A stretch of DNA of 63,781 nucleotides, filler included, from Chiloscyllium plagiosum (GCF_004010195.1; 6 parts of one record of this genome joined end to end with filler, not necessarily neighbours in it), one strand, 5' to 3'. Shown: positions 12,729 to 26,293, counted from the first letter of the whole stretch. The notes: generated by a model not told the origin, from the letters alone. Program-made: numbers and translations.

Positions 12729-13567
12729 CAATAGAATAGAAGTCATTTATTGTCACTTTTACTTTTTACAAAAAAAAGTGATGTTTAAGTCACTTTGCCA
12801 CATTGCCTATATCAATAACAGAAGGCAGAGACCAGAAACAAATTTTCAAAATTTAAGGTAAAATGCACCTTAAATCAGTTCACCATCTGGGTTCAGGAAA
12901 AGGCAGTACCACTGCAAGACCACTACTTTGAGCTGCTGGAATTTCGGGCCGTAAGCAAGCCATCCATGCCAGGCTACAAGACTCCACAGAAGCCGCCCTG
13001 AGAAACAACCTTGTTGCTAGTCCCAGGAATGAAGGTGTTGCAAAAGCCGCCAGAAAGCTTCTTGGATCACCGGCTGCTATTCAAATCCACCTTAACCCCA
13101 AAGCTACTGCTGGTCTCTGCTAATGTAGCAGCTAATACGGGTTCCCATTCTCATTCCCTCCCATCTGCCGCTTCCTCGACACGGATTCCAGAGTCCTGCT
13201 CTGGACTCACCAGCTGCTTCACTGCTGTCCTCCAGGCCTCACTCCAGGCTCACCAACCACTGCCATGCTCTGGGCCTTGATGAAGATGCCTTCATATCAC
13301 CAAGAAAAAAGGAAAAGAAAAACTAACAGAGTGGATGAACCCTGGTCACAGGAGTCCAGACACTTTCTACTCTGCTGCCTCCATCTTAAAACATCTTAGC
13401 GCATGTTAACAATTAACTATATTGCTGTGGGCAAGGATGTGGGCCAAACCAGGATGGGACAGGAGATATCCTTTCCTGATGGACATTAGTAAACCAGATG
13501 TGTTTTTATAACAATCAAAGATAATTGATAATTGGTTGTGGCTAACAGCACTGGACCATGACCAGGT

Positions 13568-13657
13568 CCTGAAGAAGGGCTAATGCCCGAAACGTCGATT
13601 CTCCTGTTCCCTAGATGCTGCCTGACCTGCTGCGCTTTTCCAGCAACACATTTCCAT
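13568..13657 (+). mobile_element. 90-bp hammerhead-bearing Penelope-like insertion with 12-bp TSD
   Basis: ccatgaccaggt at 13556-13567 and 13658-13669. The insert begins cCTGAAGA-a-GGGC taat GCCC-GAAA-CGTC. Confidence 0.85.
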
Positions 13658-16024
13658 CCATGACCAGGTTAGAAAGCTAGAAGTAACTAGAGGCTTGATA
13701 TGCCACATAAGGAAACTTTCTTAATGTGGCTTTCTTAGCACCAACAATAATATGGTGAACAGAAGCTCATGAGGTTCTGCAAAATAGCAAACAGCTAAAA
13801 TATTAATAGAATTTGTCACAAGCCCAGAATTGAGCAGATGGAAAATTACACTCCGATTCACTGCAATTAATGATAGCACTTAAATAAACCTCCAATTTAT
13901 TTCTGGCAAAACTACATTCCACCAGGCTAAAGTTTCTGCCTGAAAATATTATTCAATGTGAAAGCATTGAGGTATTTTGGTACAGTTCTTAGCCAGTTTG
14001 TTCTGGTGCCCCAGTGGCAATTCTACTTCAAGAGCCTCAAGAAAGACATTCCTGAAAACTGCTCAGAGAGAGGTAAAAATGACTGATGGATACTGCATGT
14101 TTAAAACCTTGTCCATTTATATAACCAGAAGAAAGTTGCTATTAAATATGAGACAATATAAATAGACTATAAATAGTTCAAAGACAGTTGAAGTTTGAAC
14201 TAATTGCTGTTGGCAAAGTAGCCTAAAATTGGTGGGAACGATTATACTCTATGAATGAAACTTAACTACTGATGTGGGATACATTAGTTAGCTTAATGTA
14301 ACTTTATTATATATCAAATCTTCTCAAGAACAATGAGTTACAATATATTAGGGCCCAGTGACTGTTGTGAATGCAGTACTTTTTTTATCACCTCCAGTAA
14401 GAACCATCTCTCCAAGATGTAAAAAGACCTGTGCATATTTTTCATATCTGTAGATGTTTTATAGGAAGATTGCAACCAGTACTAAGTCTATTTACAATCT
14501 ATTTCTGGAGCTGGCCATTAGGGAAAATATAGTTTTAATAACATAAGTTACATGGCCATTGTCTTCTAAGTGAAGACGAAACCTGCTCACTGATATTACC
14601 CTAAATTATTAAAATGGTACAAACATACTTTATTGTGATTGCTTTGTGAATATAAACTTAAAATTATAGGAATAATCATCATGCATTTCTATCCAACAAA
14701 AAAGAGTTTCCGTGACAACTGAACAATAAATAAGAATATAACAAACATTAATGCTGCCAGACAAAATGATTGACGAACATTCATTACATACATATTATCC
14801 ACCTAAGATATTTTACATTTGTAATCTATAATCACTACCTTTCAAAAAATGGATATATGAATTCTGTGTTTTTCATGATTTGTATTTATGTAAGCGCTGA
14901 AGAAAAACACAAATATTGTTCATAATATTTGCACGTATTCAGAGAAAGAACAGTATTTGAATGCAGATGGCAATGTACTAGTGATCAGCCAAAGAATTTA
15001 GAAATCTTATGGGTTTACAAGGCATTAAATTGATCTTGTCTCCTGAATGTATGATGAGGAACAGCAGAGCAGACTTAGCAATTCCTGCATTTATCACTAA
15101 CATGCATATTTGAAATTCTAAATGGTTAAAAGAGTGGAAAACAACGAAGATTAAATTTCTGAGTAGCGGTATGAGTTTACTATACCATAATACCATTGTT
15201 CCAGTAATGGCATCATGTTGTCAAGCAGTCATGAGGTGATTAATATCCCCTTAATTCTAGGGAGATCATATGACAGCACTTTGTTTATGTTACTGGTTTA
15301 CAATTGCATCACCTAAAGGAAAATGAATAAACTTCACTGTCCTTACCAATAACAATTGCAAAAACAATCAAGGAGGAAAAAAAAGTATGACTTTATTTGA
15401 TATCGATTGATCATGGAATAGAAAACAACATTAATAGATTTTGAAATCAGACAGCGAGAAAAGGAAACCAAAGGTATACTATCTAATACGAAGTTTGTAT
15501 CACTTTGTAACTGTCTTTGTAATTCTCTTTGAATATAATTTAAATGAGTAAATGATTTATTGAAAAGCATTGCTTCACCAGGTTCACCGTTCCCAAGAAA
15601 CACGAAGTATAGAATTACTATTGTAATATCACAATGGCAGTTAAAAGTGGGGAGGAAAATCCAGCAATAAGACATCAGAGGATAACTGCAATAACAATTG
15701 TACACCAAGCATTCAGCTCAGTTCAAATTAGTAAATTACTCAAATTACTCTCATCAGTAAAACAGCAATATAAAATGTCTAAAAATAAAATTGACAAACT
15801 GCAAAGAAACATTGTTATATTGCGTTCTTGTTTGAGGAAGGTGGTGTTGTTATAGACTTAGATTTGTTTAATATTGTGACTTGTACCTAGGTACAGTGAA
15901 AAGTGTCTCCATGTTTCAGCACCATCTTGGATTACAAAATAACTGACAGAATAATTTACAAAATAACTTACAAATTGTAAAATACTGAATATATTGATGT
16001 TACTGAAACAGCTTCAAACGTTCA

Positions 16025-16096
16025 TCTCTCTCTTTTCTCTCTTTCTCTCTCTCTTTTCTCTTTCTCTCTCTCTTTTCTCTTTCTCTCTCTCTTTTC
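16025..16096. repeat. CT-rich microsatellite at a contig end
   Basis: (TC)n/TTTTCTC tandem array running into the N gap. Confidence 0.9.
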
Positions 16097-16215
16097 TCTT
16101 TCTCTCTCTCTTTTCTNNNNNNNNNNNNNNNNNNNNNNNNNNNNNNNNNNNNNNNNNNNNTTAATTAATTAANNNNNNNNNNNNNNNNNNNNNNNNNNNN
16201 NNNNNNNNNNNNNNN

Positions 16216-16512
16216 NCCACCGCCTTCCTAACCTGCAATCTTCTTCCTGACCTCTCCGCCCCCACCTCCACTTCGGCCTATCACCCTCACCTTAACCTCC
16301 TTCCACCTAACGCATTTCCAATGCCCCTCCACCAAGTCCCTCCTCCCTACCTTTTATCTTAGCCTGCTGGGCACACTTTCCTCATTCCTGAAGAAGGGCA
16401 CATGCCTGAAACGTCGATTCTCCTGCTCCTTGGATGCTGCTTGACCTGCTGCGCTTTTCCAGCAACACATTTTCAGCTCTGATCTCCAGCATCTGCAGTC
16501 CTCACTTTCCCC
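16216..16512 (+). mobile_element. Penelope-like family A pLTR with hammerhead (16384-16419)
   Basis: CTGAAGA-a-GGGC acat GCCT-GAAA-CGTC followed by the conserved pLTR end. Confidence 0.85.
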
Positions 16513-16585
16513 ACAAATCCAATAACAGCCTGCTTCTACTACAGTCTGCTCCTCACCAGTGTTCAGGTGAAAAAGTAACGTTGTT

Positions 16586-19500
16586 CTGCACCAGGACGTG
16601 AGTATCACCTCGCGCTGCTCCAAAGATGGGATTTCCCCATGAACTGCTCCAGGACTGGGGTTTCCCCACAGCCTGCCCCAGTACTCGGGTCTTCCCACAT
16701 GCTGTTCCAGTACTCAGGATTCCCCACATGCTGCTCCAGTCCACGGGATTCCGCACAGGATGCTCTAGTACTCGGGTTTCATCACATGCTGCTCCAGTAC
16801 TCTGGTTTCCCCACATGCTGCTTCAAAACTAGGATTTCCCCACATGCTGCCCCAGTACACGGGTCTTCCCACATGCTGTTCCAGTACTCAGGATTCCCCA
16901 CATGCTGCTCCAGGACTCGGGATTCCCCACATCTGCTCCAGTACTCAGGTTTTCCCACATGCAGCTCCAATACTCTGGTTTCCCCACATGCTGCTCCAAT
17001 GCTCGGGTTTCCCCACATGCTGCTCCAGTACTCGGGTTTTCCCACATGCTGCTCCAGTACTCAGGTTTCCTCACATGCTGCTCCAGTACTCGGGATTCCC
17101 CACATGATGTTCCAGTACTCCGGTTTCCCCATATGCTGCTCCAGTGCTCGGGATTCCCCACATGCTGCTCCAGTACTCCGGTTTCCCCACAAAATGCTCC
17201 AGTACTTGGGATTCCCACATGCTGCACCAGTACTCGGGATTCCCCACATGCTGCGCACGTATTCTGGTTATCCAACAAGCTGGTCCAGGACTCGGGTTTC
17301 CCCACATGCTGCTTCAGGANNNNNNNNNNNNNNNNNNNNNNNNNNNNNNNNNNNNNNNNNNNNNNNNNNNNNNNNNNNNNNNNNNNNNNNNNNNNNNNNN
17401 NNNNNNNNNNNNNNNNNNNNNNNNNNNNNNNNNNNNNNNNNNNNNNNNNNNNNNNNNNNNNNNNNNNNNNNNNNNNNNNNNNNNNNNNNNNNNNNNNNNN
17501 NNNNNNNNNNNNNNNNNNNNNNNNNNNNNNNNNNNNNNNNNNNNNNNNNNNNNNNNNNNNNNNNNNNNNNNNNNNNNNNNNNNNNNNNNNNNNNNNNNNN
17601 NNNNNNNNNNNNNNNNNNNNNNNNNNNNNNNNNNNNNNNNNNNNNNNNNNNNNNNNNNNNNNNNNNNNNNNNNNNNNNNNNNNNNNNNNNNNNNNNNNNN
17701 NNNNNNNNNNNNNNNNNNNNNNNNNNNNNNNNNNNNNNNNNNNNNNNNNNNNNNNNNNNNNNNNNNNNNNNNNNNNNNNNNNNNNNNNNNNNNNNNNNNN
17801 NNNNNNNNNNNNNNNNNNNCAGTACTCGGGATTCCCCACAAGCTGCGCAAGTACTCGGGTTTCCCCACATGCTGCTCCAGGAGTCGGGATTCTGCACATG
17901 CTGCGCAAGTACTCGGGTTTCCCCTCATGATGCTCCAGGACTCAGGTTTCCCCATATGCTGCTCCAGGACTCGGGATTCCCCAGATGCTGCTCCAGTACT
18001 CAGGATTCCCCACATGCAGCTTCAGTACTCACATTTCCCCACATTCTGCTCCAGTAATCGGGATTTCCCAAATTCTGCATCAGTACTCACGTTTCCCCAC
18101 ATGCTGCTTCATTACTCAGGATTCCCCACATGCTGCTTCAGGACTTGGGTTTCACCACATGCTGCTCCAGGACTCGGAATTCCCAACATGCTCCTGCAGA
18201 TCTCGGGTTTTCCCGCATGATGCTCCAGGACTCGGGTTTCCCCACATGCTGCTCCAGGTCTTGGGTTTCCCTTCATGCTGCTCCAGTACTCAGGTTTCCC
18301 CACATGCAGCTTCAGGAGTCGGAATTCCCCACATGCTGCTCCAGTACTCACATTTCCCCACATGATGCTCCATGACTCGGGATTCCCCACAATCTGCTCC
18401 AGTAATCGGGATTCCCCAAATGCTGCATCAGTACTCAGGATTCCCCACATGATGTTCCAGTACTCTGGTTTCCCCACATGCTGCTCCAGTACTCAGGTTT
18501 CCCCACATGCTGCTCCAGGACTCGGGCTTCCCACATGCTGCTCCAGTACTCGGGTTTCCCTACATGCTGCTCCAGTACTCAGGTTTCCCTCCATGCTGCT
18601 CCAGTACTCAGGATTCCCCACATGAAGCTTCAGGACACAGATTTCCCCAAATGCTGCTCCAGTAATCGGAATTCCCCACATGCTGCTCCAGTAGTCAGGA
18701 TTCCCCACATGCTGCTGCAGTACACGGGTTTCCCCACATGCTGCTTCAGGACTCGGGTTTCCCCACATGCTGCTCTCGTACTCGGATTTTCCACATGCAA
18801 TTCCAGTGCTTGGGATTCCCCACATGCTGCTCCAGTACTTGGGATTCCCCACGTGATGCTCCTGTATTCAGGTTTCCCCACATGCTGCTGCAGTATTCGA
18901 GATACCTAGATGNNNNNNNNNNNNNNNNNNNTACTCAGGTTTCCCCACATGCTGCTTCAGGACTCAGGTTTCACCACATGCTGCTCCAGGACTCGGGATT
19001 CCCAACATGCTCCTGCAGATCTCGGGTTTTCCCGCATGATGCTCCAGGACTCGGGTTTCCCCACATGCTGCTCCAGGACTCGGATTTCCCTTCATGCTGC
19101 TCCAGTACTCAGGTTTCCCCACATGCAGCTTCAGGACTCGGAATTCCCCACATGCTGCTCCAGTAATCGGGATTCCCCAATTGCTGCATCAGTACTCAGG
19201 ATTCCCCACATGATGTTCCAGTAGTCAGGTTTCCCCACATGCTGCTCCAGTGCTCAGGTTTCCCCACATGCTGTTCCAGGACTCGGGCTTCCCACATTCT
19301 GCTCCAGTACTCGGGTTTCCCTACATGCTGCTCCAGTACTCAGGTTTCCCCACATGCTGCTCCAGTACTCAAGATTCCCCACATGAAGCTTCAGGACACA
19401 GATTTCCCCACATGCTGCTCCAGTACTCGGAATTGCCCAAATGCTGCACCAGTAATCGGAATTCCCCACATGCTGCTCCAGTAGTCAGGATTCCCCACAA

Positions 19501-21989
19501 TATGCTCCAGTACTCAGGTTTCCCCACATCTGCTCCAGTACTCGGGATTCCCCACATACTGCTTCAGGACTCGGATTTCCCCACATGATGCTCCAGTACT
19601 CAGGTTTCCCCACATGCTGCTTCAGGACTCGGGTTTCCCCACATGCTGTTCCAGGACTCGGGTTTACCCCCATGCTGCTCCAGTACTCAGGTTTCCCCAC
19701 ATGCTGCTCCAGTACTCGGGATTCCCCACATGATGCTCCAAGACTCGGGATTCCCCACATGCTGCGCAAGTACTCGGGTTTCCCCTCATGATGCTCCAGG
19801 ACTCAGGTTTCCCCACATGCTGCTCTAGGACTCGGGATTCCCCAGATGCTGCTCCAGTACTCGGGTTTCCCCACATGATGTTCCAGTACTTGCGTTTCCC
19901 CACATGCTGCTTCAGGACTCGGGAATGCCCACATGCTGCTCCAGTGCTCACGTTTCCCCACATGCTGCTCCAGGACTCGAGATTCCCTACATTCTGCTGC
20001 AGAAATCGGGAGACCCCAAATGCTGCTTCAGGACTCGGGTTTCCCCAAATGCTGCTCCAGGACTCCGTATTCCCCACAATATGCTCCAGTACTCGGGTTT
20101 CCCCACATGCTGCTCCAGTGCTCGGGATTCCGCTTATGCTGCTCCAGTACTCAGGAATGCCCACACACTGCGCAAGTACTCGGGATTCCCCACAGGCTAC
20201 TCCAGTACTCGGGTTTCCCCACATGATGCTCCTGAACTCAGGTTTCCCCACATGCTGCTCCAGTGCTCGGGATTCCGCACATGCTGCTCCAGTACTCGGG
20301 TTTCCCCACATGCTGCTCCAGGATTCGGGTTTCCCCACATGCTGCTCCAGTACTCAAGTTTCCCCACATGCTGCTCCAATATTCGGGTTTCCCCACATGC
20401 TGCTCCAGGATTCGGAATTCCCCGCATGATGCTCCAGTACTCGGATTTCCCCACATCTACTCCAGGACTCGGGGTTCCCCACATGCTGCTCCAGTATTCG
20501 GGATTCCCCACATGCTACTTCCAGACTTGGGATTCCCCACATGCTGCTCCAGTACTCGGGTTTCCCCACATGTTGTTCCAGGACTCGGGTTGCCCCACAT
20601 CTGCTCCAGTACTCGGGATTCCCCACACGCTGCGCAAGTACTCAGGATACCCCACACGTTGCACAATTACTCGGGATTCCCCACATGCTGCTCAAGTGGC
20701 ACAGTGGTTAGCAATGTTGCCTCACAACGCCAGATACCCGGGTTCAATTCCCGCCTCAGGCGACTGACTGTGTGGAGTTTGCACATTCTCCCCGTGTCTG
20801 CGTGGGTTTCCTCCGGGTGCTCCGGTTTCCTCCCNNNNNNNNNNNNNNNNNNNNNNNNNNNNNNNNNNNNNNNNNNNNNNNNNNNNNNNNNNNNNNNNNN
20901 NNNNNNNNNNNNNNNNNNNNNNNNNNNNNNNNNNNNNNNNNNNNNNNNNNNNNNNNNNNNNNNNNNNNNNNNNNNNNNNNNNNNNNNNNNNNNNNNNNNN
21001 NNNNNNNNNNNNNNNNNNNNNNNNNNNNNNNNNNNNNNNNNNNNNNNNNNNNNNNNNNNNNNNNNNNNNNNNNNNNNNNNNNNNNNNNNNNNNNNNNNNN
21101 NNNNNNNNNNNNNNNNNNNNNNNNNNNNNNNNNNNNNNNNNNNNNNNNNNNNNNNNNNNNNNNNNNNNNNNNNNNNNNNNNNNNNNNNNNNNNNNNNNNN
21201 NNNNNNNNNNNNNNNNNNNNNNNNNNNNNNNNNNNNNNNNNNNNNNNNNNNNNNNNNNNNNNNNNNNNNNNNNNNNNNNNNNNNNNNNNNNNNNNNNNNN
21301 NNNNTTTCCCCACATGCTTCTCCAGTGCTCGGGATTCCCCACATGCTGCTCCAGTACTTGGGATTCCCCACATGCTGCTCCAGCACTCGGATTTCCCCAC
21401 ATGCTGCTTCTGAAATTGGGAATCCCCACATGCTGCTTCAGGACTTGGGTTTCCCCACATGCTGCTCCAGGACTCGGGTTTCCCCACATGCTGCTCCAGG
21501 TCTCGGGGTTTCCCACATGTTGCTTCAGGACTAGGGGTTTCCCACATGCTGCTCCAGGACTCGGGTTTCCCCACATGCTGCTCCAGGACTCGGGTTTCCC
21601 CACATGCTGCTCCAGGACTCAGGTTTCCCCACATGCTGCTCCAGTACTCAAGTTTCCCCACATGATGCTCCAATATTCGGGTTTCCCCACATGCTGCTCC
21701 AGGATTCGGGATTCCCCGCATGCTGCTCCAGTACTCGGATTTTCCCACAGCTACTCCAGGACTCGGGGTTCCCCACATGCTGCTCCAGTATTCGGGATTC
21801 CCCACATGCTACTTCCGGACTCGGGATTCCCCACATGCTGCTCCAGTACTCGGGTTTCCCCACATGCTGTTCCAGGACTCGGGTTGCCCCACATCTGCTC
21901 CAGTACTCGGGATTCCCCACACGCTGCGCAAGTACTCAGGATACCCCACACGTTGCACAATTACTCGGCATTCCCCACATGCTGCTCAA
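16586..21989. repeat. 29-bp GC-rich minisatellite, consensus GCTCCAG(T/G)ACTCGGG(T/A)TTCCCCACATGCT, with gaps and an embedded SINE
   Basis: Visible tandem units. ORF translations repeat with a 29-aa (3-unit) period. The left edge is degenerate. Confidence 0.97.
20696..20834 (+). mobile_element. HE1-type V-SINE 5' part (cut by gap)
   Basis: A box tggcacagtggttagc, B box ggttcaattccc, V domain gggtttcctccgggtgctccggtttcctccc. Confidence 0.9.
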
Positions 21990-22152
21990 GTGGCACAGTG
22001 GTTAGCAATGTTGCCTCACAGCGCCAGAGACCCGGGTTCAATTCCCGCCTCAGGCGACTGACTGTGTGGAGTTTGCACATTCTCCCCGTGTCTGCGTGGG
22101 TTTCCTCCGGGTGCTCCGGTTTCCTCCCACAGTCCAAAAAAAATGTGCAGGT
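21990..22152 (+). mobile_element. HE1-type V-SINE 5' part (cut by gap)
   Basis: Near-identical to 20696-20834, with the same satellite junction. Confidence 0.9.
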
Positions 22153-22252
22153 NNNNNNNNNNNNNNNNNNNNNNNNNNNNNNNNNNNNNNNNNNNNTTAA
22201 TTAATTAANNNNNNNNNNNNNNNNNNNNNNNNNNNNNNNNNNNNNNNNNNNN

Positions 22253-22672
22253 AGGATGTTGCCTTGTATGGTAGGAAGATCGTATGAGGAAAGGTTGAGG
22301 CACTTGGGGTTGTTTTCATTGGGGAAAAGAAGGTTTAGGGGTGACTTGGTAGAGGTGTACAAGATGATTAGGGGTTTAGATAGGGTTGACCATGAGAACC
22401 TTTTTCCACGTATGGAGTCAGCTATTACGAGGGGGCATAGCTTTAAATTAAGGGGTGGTAGGTATAGGACAGATGTTAGGGGTAGATTCTTTACTCAGCG
22501 AGTCATGAGTTCATGGAATGCCCTGCCAGTAGCAGTGGTGGACTCTTCTTCTTTATGGGCATTTAAACGGGCATTGGATAGGCATATGGAGGATAGTGGG
22601 CTTGGATTGGCGCAACATCGAGGGCCAAAGGGCCTGTACTGCGCTGTATTTTTCTATGTTCTATGTTCTATG
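22253..22672 (+). mobile_element. CR1 LINE 3' end, (TTCTATG)n tail
   Basis: YEERLRHLGLFSLGKRRFRGDLVEVYK...TRGHSFKL...FFTQRV; near-identical to 61070-61470. Confidence 0.92.
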
Positions 22673-23289
22673 TGCCCAGTCAGAAACTGGGTTGCTGGTT
22701 ATTGTTAACACCTTCTCCCAAATGCTTGAAAAAAATTGAGCCTTTCACTTTGCATCCTAGAAAACTGAAGTCCCCTTCCATCCAGTTTCCACCACTCAAT
22801 ATTTTTAATCTAATTGATTAAGTTCAAGAGTGAGATACTGAAGAATGTGGACCATTTTCAATACCTTACTTAAAAGTATCCTCTTGAGGAAAGCAGACAT
22901 ATATATAAAATTCATCAAGAAGCTTGCAACTCCAAACCAGCTCTAATGGCTGGGATGTATACTTTGTACACCTAACTCCTGGTTCCTGAAGAAAGTGCTC
23001 TATCTGGAACTCTGCTATTGCAGAATGTTCCCTGGATCACATCAGAATGCCTATTAAGATTTCATCCTAACATTCCTGAATTGCACATCATTGCACATAC
23101 AAATATCATTGCACATACAAAAATGAGTGGCTGACTTATGACTGACCCGAATTGAAAAGGCTCATTCAGGAAGGCGCTGATCATGTCAATGGATCTTGTA
23201 ACACCCACCTGTTACTGAGCTTCTGGCATGAACAACATCTGAAGGATACATCCCAAAACAGAGACAATGCACTTGTCTCATGCATATTC

Positions 23290-25130
23290 ACAGTGTTCAT
23301 AATAGCCTTCATCTCATATCATCCTAAGGGCCTTAATGTCTTCACAAAATCTTTTGCTCCGATCTTATGAATGCAACCTATGTTTCCTGTAGTGTTTTTA
23401 ATAGCTACTTCAACTGAAGTGAAAGCAATTTACAGCAGTGCTCACATGGCTATAACAAGTCAAAAATGTTCAACTGCACAAATGCATTTCTATAAATATC
23501 CTGCTTTTCACAAACAAAACAACATGCATTTGCAGTTTCAAGTTGTCTAATGTATATAGTCAATAAAAACAAACTCTGAACAAAACTATGTGAATGTCAA
23601 TCTGTCCCACTACGTCTCTGCTCATGCAATTCACCCATAATTTACAAAGAGTTCCAGTCTTTAAATGTTGTTATTATTAGTTCCAGTAAAAATTGCTTTT
23701 GCTTTTGTGACCCAACATATACTGCACATTCTTAGCAGTAAGCTTGCATAGCAGTTAATAATTTGATGAGGAAAAAAGGGAAAAAATTGGTGAGGTGGTT
23801 CATGAAAACAACAAATTATTGCAGTGTGTTCACATTTACTGGGCTGGCTCTCTATTCCAGCTTCCATCTTGTCAAGATCTAGGCCAAGTCTTTTCTTCCA
23901 TCAGTGCATGACCCATGTTCTTGATCTTTTCAACTACATCCTTTCATTGTTCACCTTCAGGTTCATCTTCAGCAGTTGGGTGAGATTCTGACTACAGTCT
24001 CTGATGGCTTCTTACATCTTAACTCCACATCCATAGCTTAGTAGATCACTTACAATTCCTTCTACTCCATAAGATCACAGACTATATCATGCTATTTGTG
24101 TTGATAATCTCCTGGAACAGTGGAAATGCCAAATAACATGCACCACTATTTTTATCTCCCAAATGGAATCTGGAATGTAGTTAGAAAATCATTGTTTTCA
24201 TCCAGCCTTACTTGCTAAGAACTATCCTTTGCATGAAGAGTTGTAAAGTCTTTTGCTTAACAAGTTGTAGCAAGATCCTCAATCCTCCCATTGAATAGGG
24301 CTCTTTGTCCTTTTGGAATAAGTAATCATTCCATCATCGAGCCTTAACTTTATGTTTGAGGGCTTTATTTTTGGGAGACCATGTTTAGCCAAATGACTCA
24401 CATTTGCAAAGCTCATGATATTGCAGAAAGCAGCAGTGTCTATATGACATTTCACATTTCTTTCTGCAGTCATTATTCCAGTGTTCACAAACCATTTATC
24501 ACTGATGATGCCAAGCTGAAGTGTAATATGGAGTAATGCACATCATCTTCTGATATTTGTCCAGCAGACATTTTCATAAGCTTTCCAAATATAAACGTGC
24601 AAAATTATTCACTTTTGTGTCATTGTAGCCACATTGGACGTGTTTTTTATCCGACTCAGAATTTATTTCCTATACTCTGGCTTTGAATTTCTGGCTAGTC
24701 CTTCTGCAAATAATTTGTTTCTTTTTTCACTACATTATTCTTGTTAGGTCTGGACTATCTTTCAGCACAATGCAAACTTCTGTTTATTTATCTATTAATG
24801 TTCTCTAACTGAAGACAGGCTATCTCAGACCTTGAGTATATGTCGGTATATTTCTTGAAAATAAGTTTCTCCTCTCTCAGCAGACATGCTCTCATTATGG
24901 GATCTCACAGTGATTCAAATGATGTCTTCAAGGTCATAATTCCTCCAGTTTTTTCATGCTCTTGAGTTATAAGGTTCAATACGGTTTGCTCTGCTCATTT
25001 GCCAATATGGAGACCAGATTTGCTACTCCTTTTTGTTCAGGCTGTTTAATTAGTTTGGGTAGTTAATTTATAATTTTGCCATCAAGACTAGAAGAAATTC
25101 CAATGCTGTCTTATGTCACCTTTCATTTTA
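23290..25130 (-). mobile_element. Highly decayed Gypsy gag-protease-RT remnant
   Basis: Protease-like VKCHIDTAAFCNIMS...IKPSNIKLRL at 24279-24488, and RT-like KAKAIFT near 23690. Confidence 0.55.
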
Positions 25131-26175
25131 ATAATACCAGTGATTAGAAAATTCACAGTGTTAAAAGTTACAGATTGCAGTATTCATTATTGCTTGCTCT
25201 TTTGTTACAGTAAATAGATTTCTCACTGCTCTGAAAATCTACATAATTTCAGAAGCATGTTTCTGATACAATGTTTCCAATATTGTTTTTAATGGCTCCA
25301 CTTCAAGCAAAAGCAAATTATAACAGAGGTGACACAATGTACGGGAAACCACAAGTGTATAGTGTCCTTTCAAATTCATTTTTCCAAACAGTCTAAGCCT
25401 TCTCTGAAGATGCCGTAATGTTACTCAACGGCCTTGGGCAGTGTTGGACACCTTCACTCGATGAAAGTGTTTAAATTATTGATAGAGCATTAATTCAACT
25501 AAACTCAAGCTTAAGCCCAAAATATTCTGTTCCACAGATTGCTTAAAGAGGTTAAAACAGCTTGGCAGAAGTCTAGATCTACAACCTTTTTGTTCCAAAC
25601 CCTTTTTCATCTATGATTAATGGCCACTGTTGTGTTCCCTCTTCAAATTCCAGTCTCAAATTGAAGATATCTGTGACAGATGTGTGGTTTGGTGCAATAT
25701 GTAATTTAGAGTGCTAAGTTGAACCACAGGAGTGCTGTCTTCCATTTCCTTGATGTGTGGCCTTTTTGCAAAAAATAAAAAGGAACTAGATGGCATTGGG
25801 TAAGGGCACTGGCATTACTTCACATGTTATTTCAGATGCTGTGTGTCTTAGCCAAGTTTAATTGAGCACATAAATCGTTGTACAAAATAACAAAAGAGGA
25901 CAGCACAGAGTGCACTTTATCATGCCCTGATATCCCCTCAAAACTGTTGCACAAACTTTACTTTCACCAGTGCATCTGCAGTTAAAAAGCAACAGGATTT
26001 ACAGAAAGGCTACCAATGCTAATTTATACAGTGCTCGGTATGTAGTCCTGTTTATGTTCACATCTAACAAATGTTTGAAAAGAATTGATTAAAAAATGTA
26101 CAAGTTTCTGGGGATTGACTCATTTTGTTATGGGATGAGACACCCAGTATGACTGTAGCGTAATTATTGGCTCAT

Positions 26176-26293
26176 TAGAGTGGTGCTGGAAAAGCACAGC
26201 CGGTCAGGCAGCATCTGAGGTGCAGGAAAATCGACGTTTCAGGCAAAAGCCCTTAATCAGGAATTTCCAGCATCTGCAGTCCTCACTTTTGCC
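26176..26293. mobile_element. 118-bp Penelope-like family A insertion (inverted hammerhead part plus direct tail) with 15-bp TSD
   Basis: taattattggctcat at 26161-26175 and 26294-26308. Minus-strand hammerhead at 26229-26264 (G8 mutated). Plus-strand tail at 26265-26293. Confidence 0.85.

Noticed and set aside
12735..13390. Possible short LINE-like element, with a similar tail at 15855-15940
   Set aside because: Only a weak tail resemblance; boundaries and class are unsupported.
20696..20760. tRNA-like A/B boxes at SINE heads
   Set aside because: These are SINE promoters, not tRNA genes; there is no cloverleaf and they continue into the V domain.
16586..21989. CRISPR-like 29-bp repeats
   Set aside because: The units are head-to-tail with no unique spacers, there are no cas genes, and the context is eukaryotic.
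16354..22204. Dozens of long Cys/His/Pro-rich ORFs resembling keratin-associated or zinc-finger proteins
   Set aside because: They are translations of a stop-poor 29-bp satellite in all six frames, and several run through N gaps.
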